From an uncultured delta proteobacterium (GTDB lineage: Bacteria; Desulfobacterota; Binatia; UBA9968), in the NCBI GenBank assembly GCA_963745035.1, contig CAVUVW010000026.1, forward strand, positions 1 through 64,000: a stretch of 64,000 nucleotides of DNA. The letters are read 5' to 3'. The position numbers and the translations under genes were made by a program. Within the stretch, counting starts at the first letter, position 1. Each line of letters starts with the position of its first letter. Under the pieces are notes generated by a model. It was not told where the DNA came from, did not search any database, and saw nothing but the letters and a program-made list of their open reading frames with translations. This document shows positions 41,614 to 50,146 of the stretch, piece after piece.

Positions 41614-41685
41614 ATGAAGTAATGGAGTATTGCAATATTGGAATGGCGAGGATTTTAACTGCTACCCCAACACTCCATTCTTCCA
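41614..41685. repeat. Degenerate 8-mer inverted arrays (TGGAGTAN family)
   Basis: atgaagtaatggagtattgcaatattggaatgg ... ccaacactccattcttcca. Confidence 0.6.
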
Positions 41686-41746
41686 CCCCTTTACCGGGCC
41701 AATGGCTTTGCGCTATGGAAAAGCCAGCGAGGTCTCAGGAGGCTTT

Positions 41747-42154
41747 ATGATCAAGACCACCGGCATTTATCATATGGGCATTCCCTGCAACGACGTCGGT
41801 CGGGCTGTCAAGTTCTATACCGAGATCTTGGGCATGACGATCGCCAAGCTCAACCACGATGATATGGGCAAGGGGCTCGATCGCGCCGATCTGCGCTGCG
41901 GCGAAGGCATGGTCGTCTTATTTCAGCGGCCCAAGCCGCTCGAAGGCGATTTCATCGAGCGAGAAGGGGCCACTCACCAGGCGTTCAGCGTCAGCCGCGA
42001 AGACTTCGAGCTTGCCAAGGTGAAGATGAAGCAAGCCGGCGTCAAGATTCATTCGGTGGCGAGCGTCGACCGGCCAAGCGGCAGCGGTTTTTATTTTTTC
42101 GACTCGGAAGGCAATCTGCTCCAGCTTTATGCGCCGCCGAAAAAGATCGCTTAA
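41747..42154 (+). CDS. VOC/glyoxalase family protein
   Basis: GIYHMGI, FYTEILG, HQAF, YFFDSEGNLLQL. Confidence 0.9.
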   Translation: MIKTTGIYHMGIPCNDVGRAVKFYTEILGMTIAKLNHDDMGKGLDRADLRCGEGMVVLFQRPKPLEGDFIEREGATHQAFSVSREDFELAKVKMKQAGVKIHSVASVDRPSGSGFYFFDSEGNLLQLYAPPKKIA

Positions 42155-42250
42155 GGGCAAACCGTCGAATATCGCGGGAGCATGGCTCTTGCCGCCGGCC
42201 GGGCGTCTTACGAGGAATTCAACGATTTGCTAGAGTTGGCTTCATCCAAT

Positions 42251-42727
42251 TTGAAGAGAGTGAGAAGCACAGTGGGTCAAGCGCGCTATCTGGCGGCCGT
42301 GTTGTACGCAAGCGTTCTGCTGTTCGCCGTGTTCGTTCACGGCCAAGCCGTCGCTCCGGCGATTACAGTTTATCAGACGCCCACCTGAGGCTGTTGCTCC
42401 GCGTGGGTGGGTCACCTGCGAGCCAGCGGATTTAAGATCGACAAGAAGGATGTGTTCGGCAAGAAGCTTGCCGACATCAAGCACCAACTTGGAGTCCCCG
42501 AGCAGCTGCGCTCCTGTCATACCGCCTTGGTTGGCGGCTATGTGATCGAAGGGCATGTGCCTGCTGATCTGATCTACAAACTGCTAAAGGACAAGCCGCA
42601 GATTGTTGGCTTGGCGGTCCCGGGAATGCCCATCGGCTCGCCGGGCATGGAAGGCGGAAAACCGGAGCCGTATGACGTTTTCGCGTTCGACAAAAGCGGG
42701 CGCGCGACGGTTTACGCAAAGAGATAA
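42251..42727 (+). CDS. DUF411 periplasmic metal-binding protein, putative selenoprotein (UGA at 42386-42388)
   Basis: ORFs 42182-42388 and 42407-42727 are in frame; readthrough gives TVYQTPT-U-GCCSAWVGHL...SCHTA...EGHVP...PGMPIGSPGME; start codon approximate. Confidence 0.82.
42396..42423 (+). promoter_or_regulatory. Putative bacterial SECIS hairpin
   Basis: GCT-c-CGC-gt-GGGTG-[GGT]-CACCT-GCG-AGC; loop begins 21 nt after the UGA. Confidence 0.55.
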
Positions 42728-42761
42728 GAGAAGAGTCCTCGTGCATTGGAGTGATGGATGT

Positions 42762-43754
42762 ATGAGAAAACTGGTTGCAATGATCGCCGGCGTGGTCCTC
42801 CTGGCTCTGACTGTCCCATCAATTTTTGCCCAGGAAAAGAAAAATCTGCGCATGGTGTTCGTGAGTCTTGCCTGGAACAGCGAAATTCCTTTTCGCGTGG
42901 CGCTGGCGCGCGGTTTTTTCAAGCAGCAGGGGCTGCAGGTCGAACCGATTCTGATCCGCGGCGGGCCGGCCGCGATCGCGGCGTTGGTTTCGGGCGAGGT
43001 CGATTATGCCGCCATCGGCGGAGCCCAGGCGGTCTTTCGCAGCCGCGCCCGCGGTTTGGATTTGTCGATCATCGGCTGCACGTCGAGCACGACCAACTAC
43101 ATTCTTCTCGGCAACAAGCAGACGCGCACGATAGAAGACCTCAAAGGCAAGACCATCGGCATCACCGGCGCCGGAACCTATTCCGAATTCGCCATGAAGG
43201 CCTTTCTCAAGAAATCCAATATCAATCCCGAAAAAGACGTCGTTCTGCGCGCCATCGGCGGCACCGTGCTGCGCGCCGCGGCCATCGAGAAGGGAATCAT
43301 CGCGGCGGCGCCGTTCTCGCCTGAAGACGGAGTGCGGCTGATCAAGGCCGGCTATTCGGTCATCAGCAACCTCAGCGAATCATTGGGCATCCCGCAGAAT
43401 ATTCTCGTCTCCCGGAACGAAGTCTTGGAAAAATATCCCGAGACTACCAAGCGCGTGCTCAAGGCCTACATCCAAGGAATCAATTTGGCGAAGTTCAACA
43501 AGAAGGAGGCGATCAAGGCGGGCTACGAGTCCGGTCTCCAGGGCGAACCGGACATCGTCAGCGCGGCCTGGGACCTGTACGCGCCGGGCCTCACTTCCGA
43601 CCTCTCGATCGCCACCGCCGGCCTGCAGCAGATGCTCGACGAAGATATTCGCGCCGGCCTGCTGGACAAGAACTTCACCCTGGACCGGGTGATCAACGAC
43701 CGCATTCTCAAGATCGCACAGCAGGAGCTGCGAGCCGAGGGACGGATCAAGTAA
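42762..43754 (+). CDS. ABC substrate-binding protein, NitT/TauT type
   Basis: Signal peptide; GFFKQQGL, DLKGKTIGITGAG. Confidence 0.9.
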   Translation: MRKLVAMIAGVVLLALTVPSIFAQEKKNLRMVFVSLAWNSEIPFRVALARGFFKQQGLQVEPILIRGGPAAIAALVSGEVDYAAIGGAQAVFRSRARGLDLSIIGCTSSTTNYILLGNKQTRTIEDLKGKTIGITGAGTYSEFAMKAFLKKSNINPEKDVVLRAIGGTVLRAAAIEKGIIAAAPFSPEDGVRLIKAGYSVISNLSESLGIPQNILVSRNEVLEKYPETTKRVLKAYIQGINLAKFNKKEAIKAGYESGLQGEPDIVSAAWDLYAPGLTSDLSIATAGLQQMLDEDIRAGLLDKNFTLDRVINDRILKIAQQELRAEGRIK

Positions 43755-43756
43755 GC

Positions 43757-44185
43757 ATGGGCGAGGAACGCGCTTTCGCGGCGCCGGCCCCGCAAATTGC
43801 GCTACGGCAGGTTGGAGCGGTCCGAGCTGGAGCGCTGGAGTACTGGACTGTTGGCTGGCAAGTGGAGAATACGGGAAAGCAGCCGCTCAAGATCTTGGCG
43901 GCGCGTTTACCGCACGGGCAATTCAAGGCGGAAGAGACGCGCTTTGAGCCGCCGCTCGATCTAGCGCCCCGCGCGCACCAACGATTTCAAACATCGGTGC
44001 GCTGCAATGAGCCGCGCGGACTGGTGACCGAGAACGCGTTCGTCATCTTCCATGTGATTTGGTCCGGCGAATCATGGCGCATTTTCGCGCGCCTGCGCGT
44101 TGAAGTTGATGGCGGCGGCATGCCGAAGGCGGCAACCGAATCTATTACCACGCAGAAAGTCGGGTTCTCGGGAGTAAGCTCGTAG
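43757..44185 (+). CDS. Hypothetical protein
   Basis: 142-aa ORF starting 2 nt after the upstream stop; coding-like codon usage. Confidence 0.65.
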   Translation: MGEERAFAAPAPQIALRQVGAVRAGALEYWTVGWQVENTGKQPLKILAARLPHGQFKAEETRFEPPLDLAPRAHQRFQTSVRCNEPRGLVTENAFVIFHVIWSGESWRIFARLRVEVDGGGMPKAATESITTQKVGFSGVSS

Positions 44186-44238
44186 TAGAAACATATCGCT
44201 TATTACACGACTTGCTGCACTCACAGCGCCGTTAGCCA

Positions 44239-44270
44239 CGTCATTCCCGCATGCTTTAGCGGGAATCCAG
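44239..44270. repeat. dRS3-like palindrome CGTCATTCCCGC...GCGGGAATCCAG
   Basis: ATTCCCGC-atgcttta-GCGGGAAT. Confidence 0.65.
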
Positions 44271-44321
44271 GCGAGCTTTGATGAAATCCAAAGTGAATGT
44301 TCGGTGACATCGGGGATCAAA

Positions 44322-44543
44322 ATGGCTGACAAAGAAAAAGACCTTTACATCCTTCAGCGCATGCGCGGCTGACACAACAATTGAGGCGTCGGCTTCGAAG
44401 AGACCACGGGTATGGTCTCCAATGCGGTGAAGATGAGCGAGAAAGAAGTGATCGCGGCGCTCAAGCGCCTGCGCGCAGAGCACAGCGACGATCCGGAATA
44501 CAAGAAGCTGCGGAAAGATCTACCGAAGGAGTGGCCGATTTAA
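44322..44543 (+). CDS. Putative 73-aa selenoprotein with two UGA codons (G-U-H-N-N-U-G), unknown family
   Basis: GGGGA RBS, ATG at 44322, TGA at 44370 and 44382 in frame, TAA at 44541; MADKEKDLYILQRMRGUHNNUGVGFEETTGMVSNAVKMSEKEVIAALKRLRAEHSDDPEYKKLRKDLPKEWPI. Confidence 0.68.
44400..44419 (+). promoter_or_regulatory. Putative bacterial SECIS hairpin
   Basis: Perfect stem GAGACCA-[CGGGTA]-TGGTCTC; loop begins 22 nt after the second UGA. Confidence 0.6.
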
Positions 44544-44681
44544 GCCTTGGTGGTCAGTTGCCGGAGGGACGTAGTCAGTTCGGCTGGGCACAACAGCTTC
44601 CCCCAATTAAGCGCAGAATGTCATTCTGAGGCGGAGCCGAAGAATCTGCTTTTGATAGGGAAGCCGTTTTGCAAACCGCGC

Positions 44682-45440
44682 TTAGGTAGCGGAAAGCTTC
44701 ACTTTCGGCTGCCGCAGATTCAGATCCTTCACGCCGCCCCAGAATTCCCTCTTACCCGTCATCGCCTGAACGTGGCCGTCCCATTCCAACGTGAACGCGG
44801 TCAGGCCGAGCTTCACCGCGGCGCGTACTTTGTCTTGCGTCGCATCATCGATAGCCAGTTGCCGAATCGCGTCGATCTGCCTGCTGCCGTGGCCTTCGTC
44901 CTCCTCGGCATGGAGCTGGTAAGTTTCCGCGGCGCGCGGCGAAAAGCCGTAGTGGCCGGTAAGCTCGCGATAGACTTTTTCGGAAATTTTCCCGGCGCCG
45001 CCGAGCTGGCTCTCGACGAAAGCGAGCATGGCCACGCCTTCGAGGGCTGAGCGGCGCTGGCAGCAGCCGATGATCATTTCGATGGCCGCGAGTGTTCCCG
45101 GCGCCGGCTCGGCGTTGTCGGCATCCTCGCGCGAGATGCCGCCTTCTTCGAGAAACTGGAACATGATGTCCATGTGCGTTCGTTTGCCGCCCAGCTCTTC
45201 CATGAAGTTTTCCAGCACCGTGTCCATGACCGCGTACTCTTTCGCGGAGACGGCATTGACCGCCATATATCCGAAGAAGATCGGGTTGGTGCGCACTCTC
45301 AAGTAATGCTGCACTTCGCCGAGAATAATCTGCTCGCGGCTCCAGCGATGCTTGATGATGCCGTCGAACCAGGGATGCTGCTCCATCGGCACCTCGGCCG
45401 CATAGCCCCAAAGCTCGTCGATAAACTTCTCCGGCTTCAT
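44682..45440 (-). CDS. Haem-oxygenase-like iron-containing redox enzyme (PqqC/TenA/CADD fold)
   Basis: HPWF, ENFMEE....H, VESQ, HAEEDEGH. Confidence 0.82.
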   Translation of the reverse strand: MKPEKFIDELWGYAAEVPMEQHPWFDGIIKHRWSREQIILGEVQHYLRVRTNPIFFGYMAVNAVSAKEYAVMDTVLENFMEELGGKRTHMDIMFQFLEEGGISREDADNAEPAPGTLAAIEMIIGCCQRRSALEGVAMLAFVESQLGGAGKISEKVYRELTGHYGFSPRAAETYQLHAEEDEGHGSRQIDAIRQLAIDDATQDKVRAAVKLGLTAFTLEWDGHVQAMTGKREFWGGVKDLNLRQPKVKLSAT

Positions 45441-45591
45441 GGGCTAACGTCTAACGCAGTCGAAATGGAATGTCTACGACGGAAAAAGCCTCGGCGGTGC
45501 GCCGCCTTTTTGTCATTGGATTCAGCGAGCGTGACCAGGCGTGTTCGCTCGCAAGAGTCGCATTCGGCCGGTTCTCACTTCGACCAATTGT

Positions 45592-45620
45592 TTGACTTGA
45601 CCGAGCAATCTCGTTATTAA
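45592..45620 (+). promoter_or_regulatory. Sigma70-type promoter of the tRNA operon
   Basis: TTGACT-17 bp-TATTAA followed by a GC-rich stretch before tRNA-Lys. Confidence 0.55.
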
Positions 45621-45636
45621 ATTATGGTTCCGCCGC

Positions 45637-45712
45637 GAGCCGTTAGCTCAGTCGGTAGAGCATCTGCCTTTTAAGCAGAGGGTCGCCGGTTCGAATCCGG
45701 CACGGCTCACCA
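45637..45712 (+). tRNA. tRNA-Lys (TTT)
   Basis: GAGCCGT/ACGGCTC acceptor stem, TCTGC-CTTTTAA-GCAGA anticodon arm, GGTTCGAATCC T arm, encoded CCA. Confidence 0.97.
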
Positions 45713-45716
45713 GCAC

Positions 45717-45794
45717 GTCCCCGTCGTCTAGCTCGGCCCAGGACACCGGCCTTTCACGCCGATAACACGGGTTCAAATCCCGTCGGGGACGCCA
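45717..45794 (+). tRNA. tRNA-Glu (TTC)
   Basis: GTCCCCG/CGGGGAC acceptor stem, CGGC-CTTTCAC-GCCG anticodon arm, GGTTCAAATCC T arm, encoded CCA. Confidence 0.97.
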
Positions 45795-45797
45795 AAC
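45749..45797 (+). repeat. attL core (49 bp, 3' half of tRNA-Glu)
   Basis: GCCTTTCACGCCGATAACACGGGTTCAAATCCCGTCGGGGACGCCAAAC, identical to 60184-60232. Confidence 0.95.
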
Positions 45798-45821
45798 AAT
45801 CAAGCACTTGCCGCTGATTCT

Positions 45822-46963
45822 TCACTCTCGGTTTTTTCTTGGGAGCAGTGTCGCGGAGAAACTTTGCAAAGCCGCTTTCAGGTCCGCCTTGGTGAGATTC
45901 TGATATTTTTTGTGATGACGCTACGCTTGAATGACCCGCAGCTAACATCGCGGCAGCGGTCGGCATGCCAGCGGTTGCCCAGCGAGAAATGCGGCAATGG
46001 CGCAGATCGTGGAAAATGAAGTCTTTGATTTTTGCTTCCCTGCACGCTTTGCGGAAGTGATATTCAAACTTCAACTTGTCCATCGGCTGACCGTCCATCG
46101 TTAGAACCGAGATCGCCGACATTCGGGAGCTCTGCGGCGCTCTGCCTGCAACTCCGCAATCAGCGCTTTCAGTTCGGGCGTGAAGACCGGGACTGCTTGC
46201 GGCGTCCCGGTTTTTCCGCGGCCGTTTTGTAGTTCAATGATTCCCTCGCGCAAATCGATTTCGCTCCAGGTCAGACGGAACAAATCCGAGCGGGACAACG
46301 CGGTTTCCCATGCGAGACAATGGCGTCTTCGAGCCACGTCGGGCATTTTTCCAGCAAGGTCGCGAAACTCTTTGTCGGTGAGCATCCGGTTCCGGTCGCT
46401 CTCTTTGTGCATCTCGAACTTCGTCACCTTGTGGACGAATCCCTTTGTCAGGGCGAAGCGCAGAAACTTTCGCAGCGTTCCGACTTCTTTGTTGATGGTC
46501 GTTTGTGAAACCACTTTCTCGGACTCTTCGCCGTGCTTGATGATTTTTTGCTTTGTTCGCTTTTCCCGATAGCCGATAACATCATCGTCACAGATTTGCG
46601 CGATTAGCTTTGAGCCGAAAAGCTTTTCCAGCGGCTTTAGGTGCCACGTCGAAACTGATTTCATTGACTCCGGGCATTGCGCAACGAACTTCGAGAACGT
46701 CATCCCCCTGGCGGTGCGCTTTTGCTTTATCTCATCGAAATCGACTTCATGGGAATTTTTCTTGTCAATGTCGATAGACCTTCTGAATAGGCTGCTTCTC
46801 ATTCTTCCCGAGCGCGAACTTCCGGCTGAACGTGTTGCCAGTCCGTGAATTGGCCGTAATAGCGCGTTCTCGGCTTTCCTGACGCCACGTAGCTGCGTCG
46901 AAACAAACGCGGGACGATATTCTCGTCCCCGTCGAAACGAATCCGTTCCGCCTTCTCCTTCAT
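45822..46963 (-). CDS. int: Tyrosine recombinase/integrase of element 1 (several frameshifts; ends approximate)
   Basis: TINKEV..LR, ETALSRSDL, FHDLRH, AGH and (after frame correction) KKYQNL catalytic motifs. Confidence 0.88.
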
Positions 46964-47012
46964 CGCTTTGCCCCTTTCCGTTGAGCACGCCTGTCTTGCT
47001 GCCCCTACCTAC

Positions 47013-47717
47013 TCACTTCAACGTTGCCGCCAACAAAATTTTTCGGTTGGCGTATTTGATTTCCTTCGCTAGCTCTCTTCGGTCGCGCTTTTCTTCGACT
47101 ATCTCCGCCAACAGCTTCGCGTCGAATCCGGGGAGCCGTGCCACAATCTCTGAGAACGGCAACCGTCGCCCTAGTGTTTGAAGCAGAAGCAGCTTGCCTT
47201 TGACTTCGTTCCAGCGCCTATTCGCCCGCGCTTGCTCGACTCGCTTCTGTGCTTGCGTGCTGTCGTGTTCCCGAAGACAAACATCGCCGCAGTAGCGCCT
47301 TTTTTGCTGGCGAGGAAAAAAGAACCGCGCACACTGCTTACAGCGCCTCAAGCGCCAAAACTGGTCGCGGTTGATGGCGTTGATGAGCGAGACAGCAACT
47401 CCGCTTTCCGGTCGCGAGGTGTTGTAAAGCATCTCGAACGAGCGGCGCTCAGAAGCGGGAGTCCACTCCACCACGTTCGCGTGCTTCTCGACGAACTCGG
47501 CGAGCGCGCCAGTGATTTTGCCCTGAGCGTGCGCGTCGAGAATCAGCTTTTGAATTTCTCCCGCTCGCTTTCGGCTCAAATAATTCAAGTAAAAGTCTAC
47601 CCGTCGCCCTTGTGAGCCGGACTTGCTGGCAAAGTCGGCGTTCATAAAATCGACGACGGTATTTAGGGCGCCTAGTTTTGTTTCTCGGTTCGTGCGCGCT
47701 TTCGTCATTGTTAACAA
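47013..47717 (-). CDS. CGNR-like zinc-finger protein, putative regulator
   Basis: RLRRCKQCARFF......RYCGDVC. Confidence 0.6.
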   Translation of the reverse strand: MLTMTKARTNRETKLGALNTVVDFMNADFASKSGSQGRRVDFYLNYLSRKRAGEIQKLILDAHAQGKITGALAEFVEKHANVVEWTPASERRSFEMLYNTSRPESGVAVSLINAINRDQFWRLRRCKQCARFFFPRQQKRRYCGDVCLREHDSTQAQKRVEQARANRRWNEVKGKLLLLQTLGRRLPFSEIVARLPGFDAKLLAEIVEEKRDRRELAKEIKYANRKILLAATLK

Positions 47718-47745
47718 TCCGGAATTTGCTTCGCATCCGTCCTAG

Positions 47746-47775
47746 ACTTTACCCGAAACATTGGACTAGTGTCAA
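47746..47775 (-). promoter_or_regulatory. Possible sigma70 promoter for the zinc-finger/integrase operon
   Basis: Minus strand TTGACA-18 bp-TAAAGT in the divergent gap. Confidence 0.45.
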
Positions 47776-47815
47776 TACATTATGAAACACAAGCGAGCAT
47801 TAACGAAGGCGTCGC

Positions 47816-47977
47816 ATGACGCATATGGCCATCCGAATGCCGCGAGGGTTGCGGGACTTGGTGAGAGCGGCGGCAGCGGCTCAGGAAATCAGTCAGAGCG
47901 ACTTCATGCGCCGAGCCGTCGAAGAGCGTGCGCAAAGCGTGCTCACGGCGAAAACTTTGCGGGCACCCGCAGCATGA
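47816..47977 (+). CDS. Small ribbon-helix-helix (CopG/Arc-like) DNA-binding protein
   Basis: MTHMAIRMPRGLRDLVRAAAAAQEISQSDFMRRAVEERAQ..; ATGA overlap with the next gene; not in the ORF track. Confidence 0.65.
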   Translation: MTHMAIRMPRGLRDLVRAAAAAQEISQSDFMRRAVEERAQSVLTAKTLRAPAA

Positions 47978-48571
47978 ATCCAGACCTCGTGGAAATCGTT
48001 CAGGCCGCTGGCGTTGCGCTCCGTCGGCAGGGCAAGGAATTTACCGGCCTGTGTCCGTTCCATGCGGACAAACATCCCAGCTTCGCCGTCAATCCCGACA
48101 AGCAGGTTTGGTTCTGCCACGCCTGCTCTGAGGGCGGCGACCCATTCGCTTTATCGAAAAATTTCATGGCGTCATGTTCAAGGAGGCGCTGGCGATTCTC
48201 GGAATCGACGGAGGGAAGAGGCCGCCGTGCTCGATGGCGCTCGATGCAAAGGCGCGAGAACTCGCAGGCTGGGTGAACGAACAGACGGCGAGGGCCGAAT
48301 ACCTGCTCCGCAAACTTGGCCAGAAAATTATCTCGCGCAGCAATGCGGAGATGCTGCCGTGCTCGACTCGTTCGAGCGCGAGTGGAGTGTGCTCGAAACT
48401 ATCGCCGAGGACCTGCAACACGAAGCGCACGCCGTCGAGATGTACGAGAGCCGCGAGGCCGTCGAGAGTGTCTTAGCAGAAGGTGTCGTTGAACCTTGGC
48501 CAGATTTCCCGCCGCTGACGCCTGAGTACCGGGCTTTCCTGCGTTCGCTCCCATACCCGGAGGTCCGATGA
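47974..48571 (+). CDS. CHC2 zinc-finger protein (primase zinc-binding domain), frameshifted
   Basis: GLCPFHADKHPSFAV......WFCHAC.EGGD; continues FKEALAILG in the next frame. Confidence 0.8.
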
Positions 48572-49985
48572 GCCCCCAAACCGCGAAGCGCGCCATCGAA
48601 AAGGCAGAGCGCGCGCTTGCTGTGTTCCGTCCAAACGGATCCGCGACAAAAATCGAAGAGCCTCCGCACAACACGGACCTTGGAAGCGCGCAACGGTTCC
48701 GCCTGATGCATGGAGCTAACGTCCGCCATTCAACGCAACTCGGCTGGCTCATCTGGAACGGCAAGCGATGGGCGAGGGATACGACGCAGGAAATCGAGCG
48801 GCTGGCGCGTGAGACGGTGCGCGGCATCTATCGGGAAGCAGCGGACTGCCCGGATAAGGACGCCCGGCAATCCCTCGCAGAGTGGGCGGCGAAGTGTGAA
48901 TCGGTCCAGAAAATCAGCGCCATGCTGACGCTGGCGGAATCAGAGCCGGGAATCGCAGTCAATGCCGACATATTCGACAGGCACGAGTGGCTCATCAATC
49001 TCGCCAATGGAACGTTTGACGTCAAAGCCTGGAAGCTGCGGGACCATCAGCGCGGCGACTATCTCACAAAGATGATGCCCGTCGCATTTGACGACTAGCA
49101 GCCTCTGCCCCATGTGGGAAAAATTCGTGCTTGAGATTACCGGGGAAAATCTGGAGCTGTTCCGCTTCCTGCAAAAGGCGACCGGCTACTCCCTCATCGG
49201 CAGCACCCGCGACCAATGTTTCTTTCTCCTCTACGGCACAGGGTCAAACGGCAAATCGACTTACATCAAGACAATCAGCACCATGCTCGGCGACTATGCG
49301 GGCGCAACGCCGATGGAAAGCCTGCTCATCAAGCGCGGCGATGCTATCCGCAACGACGTTGCGCGGCTCGCCGGTCTGCGCTTCGTCTCGGCGGTCGAGA
49401 CCGAAGGCGGTCGAAGGCTCGCGGAGAGTCTCGTCAAGCAGCTCACCGGCGGCGACAAAATGACCGCGAGATTTTTGCATCATGAATTTTTCGAGTTCGA
49501 CCCGGCGTTCAAGCTTTGGCTCGCGGTGAATCACAAGCCGAAGATTGTCGGCACCGACAATGCCATCTGGCGGCGAGTGCGCCTGATTCCGTTCGAGGTG
49601 ACTATCTCGGACGCGGAGAAAGACCCGGACCTTGCCGAAAAACTCAAGGCGGAGCTGCCGGGGATTCTCAATTGGGCGCTTGAGGGACTGCAACGATGGC
49701 GACGCGAAGGACTCAAAGAGCCGGACGCGGTCAAGGCGGCGACGCGGGCCTACCGGAGCGAGATGGACGTTATCGGCAATTTTCTTGAGGACTGCTGCGA
49801 CACCGACGCGGAGGCGGAGGTCAACAAAGCGGCGCTCTACAAAGCTTATGCGGAGTGGGCGCACGAAGCGGGAGAGCGGACAGTCAGCAAGAACGACTTC
49901 GGGACAGCGATGCTGGAAGCGCGGGTTCACCGAAACGCGCAGCAAACGGGAGCGGTTTTGGGTCGGAGTGACCCTGCTGGACTAA
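48568..49985 (+). CDS. P4/D5-family SF3 helicase (D5_N plus ATPase), frameshifts at ~49095 and ~49920
   Basis: TDLGSAQRF, WNGKRW, INLANGTFD; GTGSNGKST Walker A; KQLTGGD, NHKP, IWRRVRLIPF. Confidence 0.9.
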
Positions 49986-49993
49986 GGGCAAAG

Positions 49994-50098
49994 GGTGACA
50001 CAGGTGACACAGGTGACACGGTTTTGGGGTTTTTTTCTATATACGCGCTCGCGTGAGAAAATATGAAAAACAGCGTCACCCTGTGTCACCGTGTCACC
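49994..50098. repeat. Iteron-like putative replication origin of element 1
   Basis: 3x GGTGACAC(A/G) direct repeats, AT-rich core, then 3x inverted (GT)GTCACC. Confidence 0.75.
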
Positions 50099-50146
50099 CG
50101 CAGCCAACAGTGCGGACGCCGGGATGCCATATAACAAGGTCGAGTC

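Noticed and set aside
42386-44384. Genome-wide UGA reassignment (code 4 or 25) as the explanation for the in-frame TGAs
   Set aside because: TGA is the normal stop of many complete genes here (1081, 3810, 4719, 35012, 35467), and the DUF411 TGA aligns with Cys
45754-45920. Integrase 1 ending in the same LASPTGFEPVLSA tail as integrase 2
   Set aside because: That frame lacks the catalytic Tyr; correcting the indel near 45915 gives HKKYQNL and a stop at about 45822, so the shared tail is probably an artefact
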